Below are positions 55,452 through 64,000 of a DNA stretch of 64,000 nucleotides, piece after piece. The DNA is from Eledone cirrhosa (taxonomy: Eukaryota), in assembly GCA_964016885.1 (NCBI GenBank), contig OZ024742.1:216628001-216692000 (forward strand). Reading direction: 5' to 3'. Below the pieces are notes generated by a model, which saw nothing but the letters and a program-made list of their open reading frames with translations, did no database searches and was not told the DNA's origin. The position numbers were made by a program, and so were the translations under genes. Within the stretch, counting starts at the first letter, position 1. Each line of letters begins with the position of its first letter.

Positions 55452-55761
55452 AATTTTAATATATATTATAATTATACACACATACATACATATCAAATAA
55501 AAATTGATTGACATATATATATATATGTAAAATAAACAATCACGGGGAATAGTTTGTAAAGTGTGTAAGCACACACAGCTAGGTAGGTAACTAATTAAAG
55601 TTTAACTAGAACTTCAAATATAATACCTTTTAATCATTTTAAAATATATTTATATTTAGTTAAACTTTAATTAGTTGCCTACCTAGCTGTGTGTACTTAC
55701 ACACTTTACAAACTATTCCCTGTGATTGTTTATTTTACATATATATATGTCAATCCATTTC

Positions 55762-55819
<58 letters not shown>

Positions 55820-55855
55820 GTGTATAATTATAATATTGATATATATTAAAATGTA
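55452..55855. repeat. Imperfect inverted repeat (~155-200-bp arms)
   Basis: 55452-55608 versus 55657-55855. Confidence 0.88.
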
Positions 55856-55892
<37 letters not shown>

Positions 55893-56260
55893 TATCGAGA
55901 AAAAGACTGAACCCTTCTTCCCAAGAACTACGAGGATAAATCTTAAAGATCACAAAATTAATTTTCGAACTGAATTGCTTGTAAGACTAATCGCCCGCTC
56001 TAAATCCTATCTTGGGATTGTTAGTAAATCCATCTTGGATAGAATTATCCCACAGGTTCGCTCTAACTGCTTTAATCCTCATTTAAATTTATGGTTGGCT
56101 ACATCTGATGTAATAGACTGATTCAATGACCTGAATAATAAAATGTAAACAAAAATGTATTCGGTTTGACATTGCCAGTTACTATTCTTCTATTTCGCCT
56201 TCACTCCTCAACAAAGCTCTCTCTTATGCGTTTAAATATTCGGACATCACCACAGATGAA

Positions 56261-57403
56261 TTGAACATCATTCTCACCGCAAGAAAAACTATCCTGGAAT
56301 TCAACAACGAATATTGTACTAAAGCTGATACTTCCAACAATTTTGACATCATCATGCGTTCGTCAGATTCAGCGCAATTGACGGACTTGGTTGGAATTTT
56401 CATTTTGAACTCTTTAAATCGGAAAATTCCTCAACTTCGCCGTGGAATTTATCGTGACGATGCCCTTTTTACTGTCTTAAACTGTAACTTAGTAAACCTT
56501 AATATTATCAAAAATAATATACTTGATCTATTTAAGCACCTTGACCTAAAAATTGAATTTGAGAACAACGTTAAATTAGCGAACTTCCTAGATATATCCC
56601 TTAATCTTGACACCGGCCTATTTTACCCATACCATAAGGATAATGAGAACCTAAATTATGTAAATTTAAAATCAAACCACCCTATTAATGTTAAAACTGC
56701 TATAGTCAGAAATGTTGAAAAAATAATTTCTAATCTATCTTCTAATAAACGTATCTTTGACGCTAAAGCCAATTATTGCAATAATGCGCTATCCAGGGCT
56801 GGTTATCCAGACAGAATTAAATACACTAATGAAACCAATCATGGCAGAACTTATAGTAATATAACCAGTTATAAGCATTCCAATAGCATAAAGAGGAGTC
56901 CTAGATATAAAAATATTATTTGGTACAACGCTCCTTTTTCTCTCTCTATTATTAGTAATATTCCTAAATTATTTTTTAGGGCGTTAGATAATTGCTTCCC
57001 TCCTTCACATATTTATAGTAAGATCTTTAATAAGCATACAATTAAATTCTCTTATTCCACCACTTCCAACATTTCTAACATTATCTCAAAATATAACACT
57101 AAAATATTAAATAATAAATCATATCCATCCAATCCTGAGTGTCATAGTAATAACACTATAAGGCCCGACGTCAATGTAAACTCTAGACAAGATAACTTAA
57201 ATATAAATACGACGTCAAACGTAATTTCGATGAATGCTCCTAATACTAATCTAAATCAGGAAACATTAACACCTCTTTTAGGTAATTTCTTCACTACAAT
57301 TCCTTCTATAAATAATTCTGGGCCACTTGCAAATAACTCTGTTAATAACATTAATCGTAAATGCAATTGCCCTAATAGAACTAAATGCCCTCTTAATAAT
57401 TAG
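56261..57403 (+). pseudogene. PLE reverse transcriptase core, thumb and linker
   Basis: YRDD catalytic motif. Stops upstream and a frameshift at ~57400. Confidence 0.9.
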
Positions 57404-57860
57404 TCTCGATAAAAATTTAGTATACGAATGTAAGGTGATAGCTAGTACCAATTCTTATACCTACATTGGCTCTACTTCTACTTCCTTAAAGGCAAGATTA
57501 TATAACCATTCTTCCTCTTTTAAATACCCACATAAAAGAACAAACACAGCACTCTCAGAACTCATCTGGTCCTTAAAAGACAAAACATTAATTACAAAAT
57601 TTCTTGGTGTAAAATTGGCAATGCCTCTCCATATTCCAATGCTTCCATATCTAGAACTTGTAATTTATGTCTAGCGGAAAAATTTACTATTAACTCTAAT
57701 TTTAACTCTATAATAAATAGACGCACACATTTATTTTCTCTTTGCATCCATAAATCGCTTAGGTCATTTCACAAAGTATACAGCTAATATCTTACTCCAT
57801 AATTAAGATTAAAAACTTTTTCTCACACATATATATCTCTTTTTACATATATATACCCCC

Positions 57861-58645
57861 TTTTTTTCTCGCATATTTCAGTACATACTACAAAGTTCAT
57901 TCATACTATGACGTTTCTGGGCCCCTAATTTTTTAATTTTTTAATTCACTATAGAAAATTCCTTTATCTTCTTGGGGATACACATTTCTTTTAAATAGTT
58001 CATCTTTATATCATTTCTTCTCAATATTACTTTTTTAAGCCGCTATATTTCCCAATTTTTCACTTCAAATCTATTAATATTAGCATTAGGTGAATTTTGT
58101 AAACAAATTTTGACGTAAATTTTTCTTCCTCGTATTTTTTCTTTTTTTTTCTTCTCTCTTTCCGTGCTTGTCATAACTTAAATAATTACTTTTTCAATTA
58201 CAATCTATTTAAACAAACTAGGACCGGATATCGTCTTCTAAGCTTATAAATCATTTAATTTTATTTTTATTCACCTTATCTTATTTTACTTTATTTTATC
58301 TTAATAATGCATTTTAAAAAAACTTTTCGCACATCTTAATAAATCCTTCACTATATAAACCCTAAATAAATAGTATACTTAACTTCTATTTTTTCTCGCA
58401 TATTTCAGTACATTCTACAAAGTTCATTCATACTATGACGTTTTTGGTCCCCTAATTTTTTTATTTTTTTATTTTTTAATTCACTATAGCAAACCCCTTT
58501 ATCTTCTTGGGGATACACATTTCTTTTAAATAGTTCATCTTTATATCATTTCTTCTCAATATTACTTTTTTAAGCCGCTATATTTCCCAATTTTTCACTT
58601 CAAATCTATTAATATTAGCATTAGGTGAACTTTGTAAACAAATTT
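57861..58645 (+). repeat. ~250-bp direct duplication in PLE 3'UTR
   Basis: 57861-58110 versus 58389-58645, near identical. Confidence 0.92.
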
Positions 58646-58880
58646 CAGTTTAAATGTTTATCTCTCTCTCTCTTTCTCTCCTTTCTCTTTCTCTCTCCTT
58701 CCTCCTTCTTTTACTCTTCCTCCGTTATCCTTTCCTTCTTTTTTCCTTTTTTCCTCTTCCTTCCTTTTTTTCCCCTTCCTTCCCTTTTTTCCAACCTCCT
58801 TTTAAATTTATTTATCATATGTTGATTTGACACTACCTTGCTCACAAGTGTTTTTTTAAGCTTCATATCATGCCTCCCTA

Positions 58881-58947
58881 TTTTATCTGATGAGAACGCA
58901 AATATCGTCCCAGGATGATATTTGTTTTTGAAATGCGCATAATAACA
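58881..58947 (+). ncRNA. Hammerhead family A in autonomous-type PLE 3' pLTR
   Basis: ttttat-CTGATGA-gaac-gcaaatatcgtc-ccag-gatgatatttgt-tttt-GAAAT-GCGC-ATA-ataa. Confidence 0.82.
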
Positions 58948-58985
58948 TACATGGAACATTTTTAACCATCTTTTAATTTCTTCTT

Positions 58986-59084
<99 letters not shown>

Positions 59085-59150
59085 GTGGAACACTGGAAGG
59101 TAATATCCGTAGTGGTAGGGATGTGTATGGTTATAGGAACTATACACATC

Positions 59151-59190
59151 CCGACCTGAAGATCCGCGAAGGTGAAACAATTGTTCTCGG
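59151..59190 (+). ncRNA. Minimal hammerhead (family H)
   Basis: ccgac-CTGAAGA-t-cc-gcgaa-gg-t-GAAAC-AATT-GTT-ctcgg, with a C-C mismatch at the first stem I pair. Preceded by a 15-bp hairpin at 59118-59152. Confidence 0.65.
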
Positions 59191-59218
59191 TATGGTGAAC
59201 TAACTGTTGTGTAACCAC

Positions 59219-59307
<89 letters not shown>

Positions 59308-59337
59308 TACATTTTAATATATATCAATATTATAATT

Positions 59338-59387
<50 letters not shown>

Positions 59388-59441
59388 CGAAGGGAATGTG
59401 GTAAGGAATCAGGTGGACCATAACGCACCAAAGTACTCAAT

Positions 59442-59528
59442 ACCCCGACGGCTGAGCTCAAGCCGTTTCGACGGCTAATTCTGGACCAGAATTAGCCGTC
59501 GAAACGACTTGAGCTCAGCCGTCGGGGT
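59442..59528. repeat. 43-bp-arm palindrome made of hammerhead 3' halves
   Basis: One mismatch, 1-nt centre at 59485. Arms read GAAAC-gRc-ttgagctca-gcc-GTC-gggg. Confidence 0.9.
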
Positions 59529-59642
59529 CTTACTCGTTCCTATATATATATATATACATTTTAATATATCAATATTATAATTATACACACATACATACAT
59601 ATATGTGTGTATAATTATAATATTGATATATATTAAAATGTA

Positions 59643-59687
<45 letters not shown>

Positions 59688-59717
59688 ATAATAATAAAAT
59701 TGAAGACTAAAATCCAA

Positions 59718-59772
59718 AGAGTTTCAGAAGATCCCGTTAAGGGTGAAAGCAGCGATTCTTTGCTTAAACTTT
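59718..59772 (+). ncRNA. Hammerhead (family I, U4A core, CUU triplet)
   Basis: agagttt-CAGAAGA-t-ccc-gttaa-ggg-t-GAA-agcag-cgattct-ttgct-T-aaacttt. Confidence 0.62.
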
Positions 59773-59781
59773 AATCTGTTA

Positions 59782-59927
<146 letters not shown>

Positions 59928-61764
59928 CAAATATATATATGTGTGTGTATTTAAAAGGTAAACAGAAATAACAACACAATCGGTAAAGTATGTAGAAGGA
60001 ATATATTAGATTAAGGCTGAAATAGCAAGGCTTTCATCAGAAGAAAGAATGAGAAATTAAAAAGATTGAAGGGACGTGCAGGGCGGAATCGGAAAAAATG
60101 TTTGTAGAGAAAAATAACAGGTCCATTCATATTACCATTTCTTGGTAAACTATTGATGCTGGCGTTTTGTGTATGATATACTTTTTTTTAGAAAAGTGGA
60201 TGATGGAGCGCGTGTACCTGAAATGGAAAAAAAACGCTTTGTATATAGAGCTATAAGTGTGCGCATAAGCATGCGTGTGTGTGAATGTATGTGGTGTGTT
60301 GAGTTTGTATATTTATATATATATCCCCATATATATATAAATATACAAACTCACGGGCGAAAGCATATAAATCAGAACCTTCTGACTATTGGGAATGCCC
60401 TGTCCCGTTATACCAACACAAACCTCTCCTATTTCATTTTTCTCTCCTCCAACAAATAAGCAAATTCTTTCAAACATTTTACTTTATCACTACACGGCAT
60501 AAACATAAAGCAGCTTCTCCTATGGAAATGTTGGCAGACAGCAACTGTTGCTGCCTCCATACACATTATCATAAAATCTTCTTAACTTTGCAGACAGTTC
60601 TATCTTATCCCACCATACGGCTCATATTTCATGAATTGTTATTTTTTATAACGAAAAAAACAGTTGTACCATGTATATCTACATGTTCATGTTCTTTCAT
60701 ATTTATATTATCTTCCTATCTGTACAGCTAGCCTGCTTTTCTTTCTGATTTCACTGGAGTCATCTAACATGATAAACCCTCACACATGCATAGAAATACA
60801 CGCTCACTCAAAGACACACCACACACATACAAAGTTATCACACATTCACGAATACACTCATAAAAACAAAAACTCAGTCTCACACAAATTCACACACACA
60901 CACACATTCACACACAAACACACGCAGACACACACACATTCACACACAAACACACGCAAACACACACATATTCACACACAAACACACGCAAACACATTCG
61001 CACAAACACATGCTAACACTTGTATATACAAGGGAGAAATAAAAGCAAACACATAATTATAAACCATCAAACTTACCATCGCTAATCACAATAGGAATTT
61101 TCGGAAAAATCAATAAAAGCAGGTGTAACGGTTAAAAGAACGTATACGTCGCTAATACTTAGCAAATCGACGTGTGAATAGAACGCTTGGGGAGTCTATC
61201 AGAGAGACATAGTTAAAATAATTAGAGAATATACCTAAAGCTTATTCGTGTGTGTGTGTAGTGAAAGGAATAAGTGTGGAGGAGAGTGGGGAATTGCCGA
61301 GTTGATTTAACTATCTAAAACTCTTAAACGGGGGGAATATTGAGTAGATTCGAAGTATTTTATGATATAGCTTTCCTTTAACATCTCATCAGACAACTGA
61401 TCATAGTATTTTATGAAGAGGTGACGATTTAATGCTAGATAAACTGATATATTTCCAAGTCATTTCTTCTTTGAATACGAACTGATAGTAAAGTTGTCTA
61501 TCGTACTTTACCATGAAGTCTACACACATACACATACATAAATGCATATATACATACATGATGGTTGCTCCCTTGTTATCGAGTATGGCCATTGCACGTT
61601 ATACCATCATTAATAATTATTAGTCAATTATATCGTGCAATGCCTGAGCGTGGAAATTTTTTTTCAAGTGAGGAAAGACTGTGCACTGAGCCAATCCCAC
61701 ACTCTGAGCGACAGTAGCTATAACCCGAAAAGAAGAAGAGGTCAACATCATCGGTAACTACTTA

Positions 61765-61865
61765 TCCGCAGGTTTTATGTCGGAGTTATCCCAGTTTCCT
61801 GAGTTATCTTCCAGAAGAATGCCCTGACAAGGGCTAGGGGTCCATCTCTGCCAGTGGTTTAACCG
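61765..61865 (-). mobile_element. Diverged RTE 5'UTR-like fragment
   Basis: tgccctgacaagggctagggggtccatctct resembles 519-550. Confidence 0.45.
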
Positions 61866-61983
61866 CGCGATCCAGCCCGACTATTTCTATGTCCCGCGCA
61901 TATACATACACATGCACACATGCATTGTGTCCGACAATATTTCCGAACCCACCCCAAAAGATCATAAGGCTTCATATATATAC

Positions 61984-63318
<1,335 letters not shown>

Positions 63319-63442
63319 AATATATATATATATATGTGTGTGTGTGTATATATATATGTATATATATATATGATTGTATGTATATATATGTATGTATGTA
63401 TGTATGTATTTATGTATGTATGTATTAATGAATGTATGTATG

Positions 63443-63530
<88 letters not shown>

Positions 63531-63533
63531 TAT

Positions 63534-63576
<43 letters not shown>

Positions 63577-63623
63577 TACATACATGCATTCATTCATACA
63601 TACATACATAAATACATACATAC

Positions 63624-63819
63624 ATGGTGGCTGCCAACTCGTTTTCGAGTACGGCCACTACTTTATATCCATGTAGGAGAACTCCTACCGATGCGCTGAA
63701 CGAGTGTGACTTTTTAGTCCAGCCAGCGACTTGAAAACTCTGCTACAAACACTACACTTGTGACAATTATTGACACATAGTGGTGGGCCCATGGTACCAT
63801 GTGACGACAAGTGCATACA

Positions 63820-63853
<34 letters not shown>

Positions 63854-64000
63854 CATACATGGTGGCTGCCAACTCGTTTTCGAGTACGGCCACTACTTTA
63901 TATCCATGTAGGAGAACCCCTACCGATGCGCTGAACGAGTGTGACTTTTTAGTCCAGCCAGCGACTTGAAAACTCTGGTACAAACACTACACTTGTGACA
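63624..64000 (-). mobile_element. Two tandem 3' fragments of the RTE derivative (63624-63815, 63859-64000)
   Basis: Near identical to 765-960. Separated by (TACA)n. Confidence 0.88.

Larger units (their letters stand above)
55891..58990 (+). mobile_element. Penelope-like element (Naiad-type), 5'-truncated and disabled, with family A pLTR
   Basis: ORF 56261-57403 (FDIIMRSSDSAQLTDLVG, YRDD, NFLDI, IIWYNAPFS, CNCPNRTKCPL). GIY-YIG at 57410-57787. Hammerhead at the 3' end. (TA)n at both ends. Confidence 0.92.

Noticed and set aside
57350-57790. Selenocysteine-encoding Naiad (UGA at Cys positions plus SECIS)
   Set aside because: The readable zinc-ligand positions here and in 7094-7873 are ordinary Cys codons. 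The TGA near 56119 falls at a likely Trp. No SECIS was recognised.

Overview
Eukaryotic, AT-rich, microsatellite-saturated non-coding DNA. The tRNA-SINE family and repeat landscape suggest an octopod cephalopod (inference). No host gene is recognisable, and most listed ORFs are translations of (TA)n, (CA)n, (GA)n or (TACA)n. The window is a retroelement mosaic. It holds two near-complete but disabled Penelope-like elements of the Naiad type (RT plus C-terminal GIY-YIG) and further fragments of them, Tx1/L1-clade LINEs, a CRE-type RLE LINE 3' end, RTE LINEs with a ~0.6-kb bipartite non-autonomous RTE derivative, tRNA-SINEs and a non-autonomous Helitron. The main hidden signal is about 19 type I hammerhead-ribozyme motifs, found by eye, from roughly 14 sequence-distinct families; about half have an intact core. 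They sit in short cassettes mostly bounded by (TA)n tracts, often folded back into palindromes, and once as a tandem 756-nt retrozyme-like unit. Four families share an unusual U-U pair at the base of stem II. All ribozyme folds were assigned manually and none is shown to be active.
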